Positions 1 through 12,580 of a stretch of 64,000 bases of DNA are shown here, in pieces. Each line of letters opens with the position of its first letter. Position 1 is the first letter of the stretch. Source of the stretch: Felis catus (taxonomy: Eukaryota); contig NC_058368.1 in assembly GCF_018350175.1 (NCBI RefSeq), positions 61,630,001-61,694,000 of the forward strand, read 5' to 3'. The notes beneath the pieces were generated by a model. It worked only from the letters and a program-made list of their open reading frames with translations, was not told the origin of the DNA and made no database searches. Both the position numbers and the translations under genes were made by a program.

Positions 1-460
1 TTGGAAGGAATAATTTGCCCTGATCATCAATAGATGACAAGGCTGCTGTTGCATATTGGGGGCAGGGAGTAATCCTTGTGGCACCCAAGGTATCTATTGG
101 AATTGACCCTTATACTTACTTGACCAATTGTGACTTGTGAAAGGACATGTGCAGCAAACTTAGCCTTAGAAGGGCCCGTGTACTGGATGTTCAAGCTGTG
201 TATGTATAAATTTGGGTCATACCACTACAGAAACCACCAAGATGGGCAGAGGCTAGGTGGATAGAAAATAGATAGTTGAGGAGGAGAGATGAATATCCAT
301 TGTGATTGAGATCTTGGCAGTTTAGGGCAGTAGGTCCCATTAGTCTCCCACTTCTAAGTGTGTGTTCATGAAGACAGGCCCAGGGAATCCTGGAAGGCTT
401 ACTGAATATACTCAAAATATATGGGAAATATGGGAAGGTGACAGAGAGGGACAGACGGTG
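1..460 (+). mobile_element. Decayed ERV-L internal 3' region (ERV3-16A3_I-like), dUTPase-like remnant
   Basis: Start translates GIICPDHQ*MTRLLLHIGGRE, resembling ERV-L GVIDPDxQxEIGLLLHNGGRE; homologous to 10630-10700 in this window. Confidence 0.65.
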
Positions 461-750
461 TTTCTGACTGATATCTCCTACAAGGGAGAATGTGCTGCTC
501 ACCTAAGGGATTGAATTCAGCAGGCAGCCTCCAGTGTTCAGGTTCTGAGAATGCACCTCAATGTGGAGCCTCTTGCTCTATGACATACCCTTTCTAGGGC
601 AATTTACAAATGGTGACGGAGTAAGATATAGGTGTAAAGCTGAGCAGTTTAGAATAGCTGACTTGAGAACTGTAGGCAGGAATGACTGAGGCTACACTGA
701 GTGGGCCTCCCAGCTCAGGTTCTTACTATGCCCAGTGCTATTTATTGTGT
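461..750 (+). mobile_element. LTR16-like ERV-L LTR fragment
   Basis: Follows ERV-L internal sequence; motifs tggtgacggagtaagatataggtgtaaag and gactgaggct...gggcctcccagctcaggttcttactatgccca resemble LTR16. Confidence 0.5.
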
Positions 751-2054
751 AATTTCTGCATAGGACCAAGGATTTTTTTTTAATTAAGCTCATGTTACCA
801 AAGTCTTAAAATAGAGGCAAATATTTGAATTTTGTCAAGTAACATAATGATTTTGGTTATGCTCATATTTGGTTAATATACAACTCTGTTAATTTTGGTT
901 GGAGAACATGGATGACTTTTTTGACAACTGTCAAATGAATTAAGGGAACAGTTTCACGCATTTCAAAATCTCTGGGGGCTTCATTAATAAAACAGCTCTG
1001 TATAGTTGAATTTTCCAGTTTATTATTCCTAAATGAATTAATAGGAGTTAGGAAAATGAGTATAAATAATCCATTGGATTAAATGCTAGAAGGTTCAAGT
1101 TGCAGAAGAATTATGTCCTTCAGGAGGAGGCACCATCATTAGCTCTGTCATTCTAAAAAGAGGGGGGAATGGGTTTCCAATGATATAACTAGGATAAGTC
1201 ATTGGGAGGAAGGTGTATGGTGGGAGGAACACACCAACATATACATGTCGGGGAAAATGTTCTCTCTTTCCATTAATAGTCTTTCTCTTATATTATCTCA
1301 TCTTGCTTGTCTTCTTGATGAAAGGATTAACAATTAGAAAGCAGAGATTATGATCTGGGCACGGAGGAGGGCCACTAAATAGACCACTTGCTCTTCTCTA
1401 AGTACACACTTTGTGACAGTTGTATACTCATAAAAAGGACTTTATGGCTATCATGCATTCCAGCCAAACCCAGGCCTTATGGCATGGAGTGTACACATTG
1501 CTTATGAACATCGAAGGCTCAACTGCAGCATGTGGCTGGATAAATAAACTAGGACCCTGGGATCCTGACTTGCTAATCAAATGTCTGCTTTATATCTCAT
1601 TCTGTCTCAAATTCTGTGTGGGAACTTTACACGGGGGAGTGCTTATTATTATGATATTCTTCCTTCTGTTTGTGATGAGGCAATAAATGCTATATTTCAA
1701 AAATATACTACTGTTTAAAGGATTTACATTATTTTGTGGAAAAGCTACAGAAATAGGGAATGAAAATATTTGCCTGGCTATCAAATTATTTGTCCAGGAC
1801 CAATAAAATATATTTAACACTTTCAATTAAAAATAAATTGAACACATATTTATATTTTTCTAATAAGTTAAAATTTCCAAAAGCTGTTGAAACCATATAG
1901 AAATATAATATGCAAACAAAATATATTTCACATAATTCAAATAAGCTTATATTATGATTAATTGAATTAAGTTCAAATTTGAATATATATGTAGTAATTG
2001 TAATATATAGTTTTACTTTTATTCATTAAAAGAAAGAACAACTAGGATTCAGTA

Positions 2055-2285
2055 TTTTGTTTTGTTTGTTTTTTGTTTGTTTTGAGAGAGAGTCAGGGAG
2101 GAGCAGAGGGAGGGAGAGAGAGAGAGAGAGGGAGGGAGAGAGGGAGGGAAGGAGGGAGAGAATCTTAAGCAGGCTCCACACCAAACTGAGAACCCAACTC
2201 AGGGCTGGATCCCACAATTGTGAGACCGTGACCTGAGCTGAAATCATGAGTCAGATGCTTAACCAACTGAACCACTCAGGTGCTT
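2055..2285 (-). mobile_element. CanSINE (older subfamily)
   Basis: T-rich tail, (GA)n linker, aagcaggctcc and gacctgagctgaaatc...cttaaccaactgaaccactcaggtg; diverged TSD gattca. Confidence 0.93.
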
Positions 2286-2389
2286 CTGATTCAATGGTTT
2301 TATATCAGTTGCTTAGAAGACAATTAAATCGTCTTTGTTTATACCTATTTGGAATGAAAGTGTAAAAATTAAAATAATATGTTATAAAT

Positions 2390-2497
2390 GTTATATATAC
2401 GTATCTATAGATAGGTATATATGTATACATATATATGTATGTACATGTACATATACATGTATACATATATATCTATATTTACAGATGCATATGTATA
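2390..2497. repeat. TA/TATG low-complexity tract
   Basis: Direct reading. Confidence 0.8.
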
Positions 2498-3399
2498 ACC
2501 AATTACTTCTTAAATTCAAAAGTTTATTAGCTTTAAAGCTTAATGGGGATTTGTTGAATGAAAGGAAGAATAATTGATCAGATTTTATATGTATGTGACT
2601 ATTGCATACCTTCCAAAACACAATCTTTGTTGGAGCCGCCTCAATATTTGAAAATAGTGAGGTAGCATTGGGACAATTCATTAATTAACGAGCATAGTCA
2701 GTTTCCTTTTTGAAGTCAGTATTGATAGGAGTAAAAGTTAACAGGTATCATACGTGTATAAATATATATGAATTTGTTTTCCATTTGAAGGTCAAAATCC
2801 GTATGTAGTCTTTCCATTCATTTCAAATTAGAACGAACAGGCAGTTAATGATACCAATTAATAGTTTTAATGTGTAAAGATAAGTCCACCCAAAATATCA
2901 AGAAGTACTGAAAAAACTTTTTCATTAGTCATTATAAATGGTCTATCCTATAATTAATCCTTATTCTAAAATATTATTGTATAATATCATTTAATTCTTC
3001 ATTCTGATGCCAGTCTTTCAAATGCTTGGGCAGTATGGCAAAAAGGTTGCACTTTGAGTCTACAGAAAAAAAACAATATCCAAAAGCAATATTGCAAGAA
3101 ATAAAACATTACAAATATAAATAAATACATCTGCATGTAGTTTCCCGTTCTCCCACACCCACCACTATTCTCATTTTTTATTCCCAGGCATGTCTTTCCA
3201 TAGTTAATACATATTTGTGTTTGTCTAAAATATATATAATATGTTTATCTAAAAATATATAATTTTTACATATGAAATCGCATTACTGGAATATGATCCA
3301 CAATGAGTGGAATCTGTTTGAATTTGTTTACTGATACGCTACAAGTATCTAGCGCATATTAACAAATCAATCAATATTTGTTGAAGGAAAAATTGTAAA

Positions 3400-4365
3400 T
3401 GCTGACACATAGAAAACCCAAGAAAATAAATTGAAAAGAAAAAGAAATCCACACAGATGATGGAACTCAGGAACCCACAGCCTACAAAAATTTTGTTACA
3501 ACAATCACTATCTGATATATATACAAAAAATCTTTTAAAGAATGAAATAAAAAGATTAATTTGCTTTGGCAGTAAGGAAGATCAAAAATCTATGAGTAAA
3601 TTATGCGAGAATATTGTGGTAACTATGTGAAGCAAATTTTCAAACATTCCTAAAGAATTAGCACATTCAAACATGACTTGAACAATGTAAAGACAGATGG
3701 CCACGAAGACAAAAAATACTAAAATTGTCAAATTACCTTAAGTTTAATTTAAATCTTACGTGACTATGGTCAATATGTAATCATGTTAATTTTCCCTTGA
3801 ACTAAAAATATGGATCTAAAATTTGTACAATGAGTTAAACAAATATATATATCCAAGAAAAGTAACCACAAAATACAATGAAGAGGAAAATGTTTTTCCA
3901 GATATTGAAATGTGTGATAAAATACCAATAACTAAACCATGTCACTCTAGTCCATAATGCGTGTTTAGCAACAGAGCAAATATAATGTCCAAAAATAGAT
4001 CCAAATACATGGATAAAATGTATATATGAAATTGGTGCATCACAGATCATAAAATAGAACAGACAGTGAATGATTTATGGACGATGAAGGAGTCATCTGT
4101 AAATAAGTCAGGTTCAAAGAGCACCACACACTGTATGACAGGATTAATTCTAAATTTACCAAATGCCTAAACAAAAAAATGAGCAAGAGATGTGAAAAAT
4201 TTTATTACTCATCCTGAGTTGCAAGTGTCCCTTAATCCTTTACAGCATGCATGACAATCAAAGAAAAAGTGCACTTGATGGAGTTAAACAGGAACAAACA
4301 AAAGAATCACATTTTACAGCCTAATTACATGTAATTTTTGTCAGTCGTACCTCAGTAAAGCTGTG
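3400..4365 (+). mobile_element. Ancient L1 (L1M-type) ORF2 3' remnants plus a 3'-end fragment
   Basis: atagaaaaccc; ccaaaaatagatccaaatacatgg; attaattctaaatttaccaaatgcctaaa; tacctcagtaaagctg. Confidence 0.6.
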
Positions 4366-4371
4366 GATAAA

Positions 4372-4799
4372 AAGGACTATTCTAGTAGGGAAGAAGATTG
4401 TACTGAAGTTCAGCAAAACAAAAGGCAAGGGAGTTTTTAAGTGCTGGGGTGAGCTAGTGGAAGCTGTACCCTAGAGGACATAAAAGGGAGGTTGGTCAGT
4501 GTGATTAGGCTATCTGTTTTTGCTAATTGGTGCTTAATGAAGTTAGGCATCTACTCTCCCACAGAGACTGGGAGATAGAGCTGCTATCTTGATGATTACA
4601 TTTCAAAGAGATGGATCCTAGGTCCCAGGAAAAGAGGACTGGAGAAGATTTACATCTCAAACGGTCAGAGAAAGAATTTGCAATTGCCAAGTTTTCTAAA
4701 ACAAATGCCCTAGGAAAAGAAGGTCAAGAGCCTAGAGTCAGGAAGAAATGTGTCTAAAATTTAGTGAAGCTGAGGGGAGGGTTAAAGCCATCTCAGTCA
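4372..4799 (-). mobile_element. ERV1 solo LTR (MER4 group), subfamily uncertain
   Basis: Minus strand begins TGA and contains ttagaaaacttggcaattgcaaattctttctctg...tttgagatgtaaatct and ttgaaatgtaatcatc. Confidence 0.6.
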
Positions 4800-6640
4800 A
4801 TGGTCAGGTGGCCATTAGGAATATATCCAGTGAGCTAGACATCCAACTGGAAGTTTCCCTTCTCGTGCTGCTACTGTGGAGTGTTGCATAAGAAAACTTA
4901 TTAACTGTGATTAATAAGAGAAAATCGTGAATTCCAACTTCTCCTATGTTGCTACAATTACTCCTATTACACCTAGTAAATTAATAATTCATAGTGTTTA
5001 GGATTATAATCTGTCACTCTGTAAGCCTCCCAGCCGAAGTCTGGGGAGAAAAGTCAAGTCTATCTTGCTGGGAGTTTCAGAACTCTGTAATACGCTCTTA
5101 AGACATACTCTTATGCAGTTAGCTTCTCTGAGAACATACCATCAATTAAAATGTATAAAATCCTTCCAGGTTAAAAAAATAAAACTAAACTATTTTTATT
5201 TTTCAGAATAGCACTGGATTTTATATGCTTAATTCAATGTATTTACCTGAATCCCTGATTTTTGAGATTTTGTCAAACAGTCTCTAGTATAAATTGATAT
5301 TTTTATGCAGTGTCTCTTCCTTGTCATGATCTTCCACATACATTCTGCCTTTGAAACACCACCATCACTTAAGCTAACATTTTGTCCATTCCTCTTTTAT
5401 CATTTTGACTCTACTATATTACAATGTATTCACTGAGCTTGCCATCCCTCTCTCAGCATCACCATTATAGCTATTTTTACAATTCTTATTTTCCAAGCAC
5501 AATGCCTAATTCAAAGTACTCCTGCTATACGTATTTGATAAATACCTAAATGTATTATGTATAACAAATATCTTAATCATTTTCTGCTTATTTTCATTAT
5601 AATAAGCCTATTTTTGAGGCCTATTTATTCACCTATTTCTTCACTGGAAATCGTTTAAACTGAGCTTCTCAATGCGTGAACAGATGTCCATCTCCAAGGG
5701 GAGGAATTCAAAACAAAAGTAAGCAAATAACAAAAACACATGATAAACATGTCAAAAATTCAGGAATTGGACTAAGTGTGAATATAAATGTATCATAGCG
5801 GGGAAAACAACAATTTTGGCAAATAGGATCAATCAGGCATGTTGATTTTCATGTTACCAGCTGAGTTTGGGTGTCATATATATTCAAACATTCTATGATT
5901 TAAATTTATAATATGTGATTTCTGTAGCATCCTGGGTCATTTCAATACTTGTTTCCCTGTTCAGTCCATAGGAAAAGCTAATGTCTATGCAATTAAATGT
6001 ACACTATATGTAAAACATTACATCAGAGGACCTTTTGAAGAATTTTTATGTACCAATCCTTTGTTACAGTTTATATAATGCAGTTTCAGAATGCACTAAG
6101 GATTCCTGAAATTAGGGAAAATCATTTTTGATTTTAAAAAGCTGGAATAATGTTGAATTTAGTAAAATTCAACGGAAAAGTTTACTGGCATTGGAAGAAC
6201 ATCACATATCAGGTTCTCTTACACAAGCATTATTTTATAAAGATAAACTGCACTTATCTTTCCATTCATGAGCATTTTTATTGATTTGTTGGAGAACAGT
6301 GGAAATTAATTTATTGCTTTTGATAGAACTGTCTAGTGAGAGAGATATTTATAGTTTTTGTAAGCACAGTCAATGAATTTCTGATGCATGAATCAAATCT
6401 ACAGGCATACAAATATTTATAGTAATTTTCACATTATATTAGTAATGTCTTTATATTATGGTGTCTATAATTAATCAGCTTGCAAACCAACAGCCTTTTA
6501 AATATGAAAAGATAAAAATCAAGAGAAAATAAATACTCAGTAAAAATGAATACTTAAGTATAGTATTTCTCCCTCAATACATTTTATACATAGTCTTTTT
6601 ATAATTGTTATATAACTTCCTAAAGTATCAGCGTATGTGG

Positions 6641-6641
<1 letters not shown>

Positions 6642-6680
<39 letters not shown>
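6642..6680. repeat. (TG)n microsatellite
   Basis: Direct reading. Confidence 0.98.
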
Positions 6681-6682
<2 letters not shown>

Positions 6683-6954
6683 CAAGTGCATTTGGATGAT
6701 TTATTATGTAGTATTTTTATATTGAACTTTTCAATTGTAATTCATAAGCTTTAAGAAACTATTATATTTATGCATTTAAAAAAATATCTCCTCTCATTTT
6801 GGAGACTGATTATTCAATCCTTTAGGTTATTTTCTATGTGCCAAGTTCATGTTCAGTTTTCAGCACTTTCTGTGTACAGACCTGATTTTATATTCTGTAA
6901 ATTGCCTTCTTCAATAAGTCTTCATTCAATTTTTCCAGATCACATGAACCTAAG

Positions 6955-6956
<2 letters not shown>

Positions 6957-7018
<62 letters not shown>
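6957..7018. repeat. (AT)~31 perfect microsatellite
   Basis: Direct reading. Confidence 0.98.
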
Positions 7019-7020
<2 letters not shown>

Positions 7021-7169
7021 CTGTTATTTTTTGAGAAAAGTAAAAGTAAAAATTCACTATTACTTTTAGAAATGTTCTTTTCAGAGTATTTTTAGGGGTT
7101 GAGTGATGTCATTTGTTAATATGTGTGTTTATCAGAGAATGTTATTCTTAGATAGTGTTATAAGAATAA

Positions 7170-7410
7170 AATAACTGACATTTATTAACCTATCTACAAT
7201 GCAATGTGCTAGCAGTTCAACATGCATGATTTAAATCTTGTCAATAATCTTATGAGAAAGGACTTGCATATTGAAATCTCTTTACTACAGATGTGAGAAG
7301 TGATTCTTCATGAGATTAAGCAATTTGCCCAAGGTCATACACATTAATATGTGACAGAAAAAAATTACTTGAATTCGGGTTTCTCTACTCCACATTTCCA
7401 ATTTCATATA
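7170..7410 (-). mobile_element. MIR
   Basis: gagattaagcaatttgcccaaggtcatacac core; acatttatt 3' end. Confidence 0.8.
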
Positions 7411-8229
7411 CAGTTTATGCTGCTCTGTTGATGTAATGCTTATTCAGTTCTTTGAAATTTTCTCAACCAATGCTATTTTAAGTCACTCAAAAATTAAAGC
7501 TTAGAAATAAGTATGATGCCAGTGATTAAATTTTTCTTCTCTCTTCTATTCAGTGATATTCATTAAATGGAAGTTTTGATATCATGGCATTTGGACATAT
7601 TTTCAAGTTCATAAAATGCACTCAACTTAAAATAGTTAATATTACTTTGAATTAGCTTAGTCCTCTGTTAACCTATACTTTGATTTGTTTGTTTTTACAT
7701 CTTGAATGGAAACAAATTTTAAAGGTTATACAATTTTATTCATTCACTTATTAATTTTACTTGCATTCAATCTACTCTAGACACCATTATAGCTCTAAAT
7801 TATAAACAAAAGAAAAACATAAACAGTGCCTTCTAGTGTTTGATAATCTATAAATTCTAATGTTAACTGTAATTACTAGAATTTTGAACACATACTAACT
7901 ATGGTTATTGATCCAGTACAAGGAATCCCAGAAGCCAATATAAAAATGAAAGATATATGAGCTAGTTGCACAGAGTTTATACAGAGTAAGTGTGATGACT
8001 AGATTACAAACCATCTATCTAGTATTAAATCACATAAGGATGTGTAAGTATACTGCGATGCATGTGTTTATTTGTACATTAATTCAGTTAATTGTTAGGG
8101 AATTCATAAAACTACATTAAGAGAAATTACCAACCTCTTCTTTACTGGTGCAGCTGCTGAACTTATAGTATGCACAAGGCTAGCTGAAGGAAGCTACAGA
8201 GACATTAATAGGATAAAAAAGGACTATGT

Positions 8230-9010
8230 CTTGAAGAAGGATGTATGGAATGATTATTTCACTTGTAAAGAACTGATGAATTGTTTGTCCCACTGTGCAG
8301 TGGGTCATGGATGTACACCTCTAGCACCACATAATACAAATATTGGGGAAATGATTATAGGCAACAGCGTTAAGGAGATCAATGAGTGCCCAAACTCTCA
8401 CTATTCCACAGGACAGCATGTGCCTAGATAATCTGTGTGCACCTTGCTCAAGTTCCCAGAAAAGGGCACCTCCTTAGTGAGCAGCTGGACTTGCTACCAG
8501 GAACATCCAAGAGAGATAGCAAACCCCATTCCCACACCACACTCCATGTATGTATGGAGTATATGTATAATGTATATTTTATTTTTTAAGTTTTTTTATT
8601 ATTTATTTTTGAGAAAGAGAGCAAGCTGGGGTGGGGCAGAGAGAGAGGAATAGAGAGAGAATCCCAAGCAGGCTCCATGCTGTCAGCAGTGTGGAGCTCA
8701 ACACAGGGCCGATCTCACAAACCATGAGATCATGCATGACCTGAGACAAAACCAAGTCAGCTGCTTAACCTACTGAGCCACCCTACTGTCTATTTTAGAC
8801 TAATGCACCTATTAGTCTAAAATGGGACAGAGCACACTGAGGGCATACATAGTTTCTCCAAGTACTGAGGTCTGCACAGTCGTGTCCCTGGGTACCACTT
8901 TGCCAGCTAGGAATGCTAACATCGGCGAAATATCCCTGCTTCTCTGCTAACTGACTCAGTCTCTGTTAAGCCACCAAAGGGAGGAAGGGAATGAGCTTCT
9001 AGAGCATCCA
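8230..9010. mobile_element. Probable old LTR-like element, unassigned, interrupted by a SINE
   Basis: GC-richer island in AT-rich flanks with LTR-like composition; family not recognised. Confidence 0.25.
8577..8785 (-). mobile_element. CanSINE with altered 5' end
   Basis: gagaatcccaagcaggctcc...cttaacctactgagccaccc; approximate TSD tgtatatttta/tgtctatttta. Confidence 0.93.
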
Positions 9011-9311
9011 GATTTGATTGTCATCAAATTGATTTTCCTCTATGGATAAGGTGTGTTCTATCTTAATGCATTCACTTGAGAAATTAAAATGGAAACTATC
9101 CTAAAATGGAAACTAGCTTATGTTTGCACCAGGGTTGTTTTATTAAGTCCTTGTGACTCAAGAGTTTTCCGTTTGTTTGTTTTTCTGTTTTGTTTTTATT
9201 TTGATCTTATTTTCTCCTCTTTGTGATCTAAGAAAATTTTCCAACACTGAAAGACTTCCATTTTTTGACTTATCTCTTTTCTTATGCATTCTGATTGATA
9301 CCAGCTAATGT

Positions 9312-9520
9312 GGGGTGCCTGGGTGACTCAGTCAGTTGAGAGACCGATTCTTGATTTTGGCTCAGGTCACGATCCCAGGGTTGTGGGTTTGAACTCTATG
9401 TCAAGCCCCGTGTGGGGCTCTGTACTGAACCTGGAGCCTGTTTAAGATTCTCTCTCTCTTCCTCTTCCTCTCTCCCCTGCACATTCTCTCTCTCTCTCAA
9501 ATTAAAAATAAAAAAATGAA
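9312..9520 (+). mobile_element. CanSINE
   Basis: ggggtgcctgggtgactcagtcagtt head, (CT)n, A tail; approximate TSD ending ctaatgt. Confidence 0.95.
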
Positions 9521-9799
9521 ACTAACTAATGTTTGCCTCTTCCTTTTAATGTCCTGGTAACAACAGCCATTAGTAGCCAAGACACCCTTGTTTTTCCAAT
9601 ATTAGAGCTACAGACTCAGTAGGTATTTGGACTGTATTTAAACAAATTGTGGTAATAATATAACAAATTATGTGTCGCTATATAACAAGATTTTGTTTTC
9701 ATTCTGTTTGTTATATGACACAGATAACTAAACCAAGGACAAAAATTTCAAGGGTTTGTTTGCTTACTTGGGTGTTTTGGTCTTTTGATAATGGCAGTC

Positions 9800-11292
9800 T
9801 ATATCAGAGATCTACCCTAGAACATGCTAAATGGGCCCATGAAAAATAGGAGCATGGTAGCTGGGGTGAGAGTAATGCAGGAGTTCAACAAAGGCTGAAC
9901 TGGTTATCGCCATTGTTGACTGTAACATCTGCCAACAACAAAAGCCAGTTACCTAAAGGTGGAGTGATTACATTCCATTTCTTATATTATGACAAAGGCA
10001 GTGCTTTCTCTGTCTTGGAATAAATGCTAATTTTGGAAATGGATTTCCCTTCACTGCCCACAGTGCTTCAGCCAGCATCACCATTCATGGAGTAACTATA
10101 CATCATGTTCTTCGTTAGTTATCTCAAGACCTACTTCTGACCATGGGGCCCTTTTACAAGAAAAGAGTGATGAGAAAATGGTCTCACATCTGTGGGATTT
10201 GTAGCCTTGACCGTATATTTAACTTAGTAGTGCATAGAACTGTGAAATGGCCTATTGAAGACACAGTGATCCACTGGCTGGAAGAATGTATTGATGCAAT
10301 GTATGCTTTGAACTAAATAATGAGACAGTTTATATTTCTTAGACTAGGAAGCAAAAAGTAGAAGTAAAGGGAATAGGGATATTCTCTCAAATTTAATAAG
10401 ACACTTGCTAATTTTTTTGTCTCTTTTCCCTGAAATTTTGGACTCTACTGATTTAGAGGTATTAGTTCTTCAAGAAAAACTGATTTTACTGAAATACGGC
10501 AATGAGTTATAACATTATTACATTTATACATATATAAATATAACATTTAACTGGATGTTAAGACTGCTATCTGGCCCTTTGTAGCTTCTCATGCCATTTA
10601 ACTAACAGGCAAAGGAGATTGTTCTATAGCTGAGGTGACTTATTCTGATCATCCAGGACAAATAGAGTTGCTTTTGCCCAATAAGCTAAGATGCAATCAT
10701 CTGGAATCCAGGTGATTATGTCAGATATCTTTTAGTTCTTCCATGCTTAATATAAAAAGTTAAATAGTGCAACGCATAATAACAGCAGCATTAATGATAA
10801 TTTTCAAGAATTAAAGTTTGGGTTTCTTCAACAGGTGAGATAGCAGGTGAATCAACAATGTTACGGGCTGAGGGCCAAGGGCATGTCTCATAGGGACAAG
10901 AAGGAGAAAGGAGAGGAGAAGGAAGAGAGAAAGAATAAGTGTTTCTTTGTGGTCCTTTTATGTGTATATATAAACTTTCTTCTTTTTTGTTTTCTTTTCC
11001 TGGTCTTTCATATGAGGTACTTTGCACTAAATTACAGAACATCAAGGGATAAGATATATGTGTACTAAGCATTTGGTTATAAAATATCAAATTCTGTGTG
11101 CACTGGAAGAGAAATAAACATTACCAAAAGGTAGATAAAGAGATTATGGGAACAGGATCTTTTTCGTAGGGAAAGGAAGAGTCCATCTTTTTTGTTCAAT
11201 TTATTGTTGGATCTCTAGTCAGAGAAGCTGCTGTTGCAATAATGTTGCTGGCAATTTAATATGAAGAGATACTGAGTACCCAAAGGGGCTGA
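9800..11292 (+). pseudogene. Decayed ERV-L pol 3' half: integrase and dUTPase-like remnants to the polypurine tract
   Basis: Fragments WAHE, CNICQQQKP, DYIP, GINANFGNGFPFTAHSASASITIHGV, SDHG, IEL*NGLLKTQ, NWMLRLLSGP, DHPGQIELLLPN match ERV-L integrase/dUTPase motifs in order, with stops and frameshifts; ends aaaggggctgac-tgt. Confidence 0.85.
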
Positions 11293-11324
11293 CTGTATCA
11301 GAATGTCTTTAGTAAGTAGTCCTG

Positions 11325-11380
<56 letters not shown>

Positions 11381-11690
11381 AGTCTAAGGTTCTTAGGATC
11401 CTTGCTATTAGGTTTCTGAATTAGATTCACCAATGAGAAGTATTCACACCATGTTATTTAAAAAGAGAGAGAGAGAAAGGAAAAGAAAGAAAGCTTCTAT
11501 CATAATACAGTGGTAAACAGGCATATGGGATTCAGCAAGTGGCAGAAGTGGTTTTCCCAACAGTTTCTGAGACTTCCCACTACAAATTACACTGTATGGT
11601 ACTACAGAATGCTGAAATCTGCTATAAAACAATTTTATTTTTACCTTTGCTCACCCTGCTCTTCCGCTGAGTTAGTAACTTCTTAAGCTT
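11293..11690 (+). mobile_element. LTR33-like 3' LTR, truncated; contains (CA)n at 11327-11378
   Basis: Follows the PPT; tttctgaattagattcaccaatgagaag resembles LTR33. Confidence 0.55.
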
Positions 11691-11840
11691 GGGGGTTCAA
11701 GCCCCGCATTGGGCTCTGTGCTAACAGCTCAGAGCCTGGAGCCTGCTTTGGATTCTGTGTCTTCCTCTCTCTCTTCCCCTCACCCACTCATGCTCAGTCT
11801 CTCTATCACCCTCAAAAATAAATAAAACATTTAAAAATAG
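11691..11840 (+). mobile_element. CanSINE lacking its 5' head
   Basis: Starts at the B box (ggttcaagccc); gctcagagcctggagcctgc; aaaaataaataaaacattt tail. Confidence 0.92.
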
Positions 11841-11894
11841 AAGCTGCTTTTATTGATAATCAAAATATTTTTTAAATATGCAATTCGTTAGTGT

Positions 11895-12580
11895 CTTAGC
11901 TTTGCATTCTCTTAGCAATGATATCTTGTATATGTCACTAAAGCACAGTCAACAAAAGCAAAAACAGACAAGTAGGACTACATCAGACTAAAAATATTAT
12001 GCATAGCAAAGGAAATAACAGCATTAAAAAAACTGAATGGGAGAAAGTATTTGCAAACCATATACAGTAATCCTCCCCTTATCTACAAGGGTATGTTCCG
12101 AGATCTCCAATGGATTCCTGAAACCTTGGATAGTACCAAACCCTACACACAGTATGTTTTTTCACATATATACATAACGATAGTAAAGCTTAATACATAA
12201 AGTAGGCCTAGTAAGAAATTCAGAACATTAATAAAATAAACCAATTATAACAACATACTATAAAAAGGTATGTGAATGTGATTTTTCCCTTTCTTCAAAA
12301 TATCTCATTGTACTGCACTCGTCCTTTTTCCTGTGAGAGGACAAGACGCCTATGTGATGAGATAAAGTGAAGGGAGTGACGTAGGCACCGTGACATAGTG
12401 CTAGGCTGCTATTGACCTGACGATTTGTCAGAAGTAGGGTCATCTGCTTCCAGCCCGAAGCTGGCTACAGGTAATGAAACTGCAGAGAGAAAAAACACAG
12501 ATAAGAGTGGACTACTGTGTCTGATAAAGTATTATCCAAAATATGTAAGGAACTCCTGCAACTCAACAACAAAAACCCTA
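11895..12580 (+). mobile_element. L1 (L1MA/MB-type) ORF2 C-terminal fragment split by a MER44 element
   Basis: gaatgggagaaagtatttgcaaaccatata [insert] tctgataaag...gaactcctgcaactcaacaacaaaaa. Confidence 0.85.
12065..12517 (-). mobile_element. MER44/Tigger7-type DNA transposon (TcMar-Tigger), full-length non-autonomous copy
   Basis: TIRs cagtaatcctccccttatct ... agataagagtggactactg; flanked by TA and TG (decayed TA TSD). Confidence 0.88.

Noticed and set aside
2438..2453. 16-bp palindrome tatgtacatgtacata
   Set aside because: Expected within alternating purine-pyrimidine low-complexity sequence
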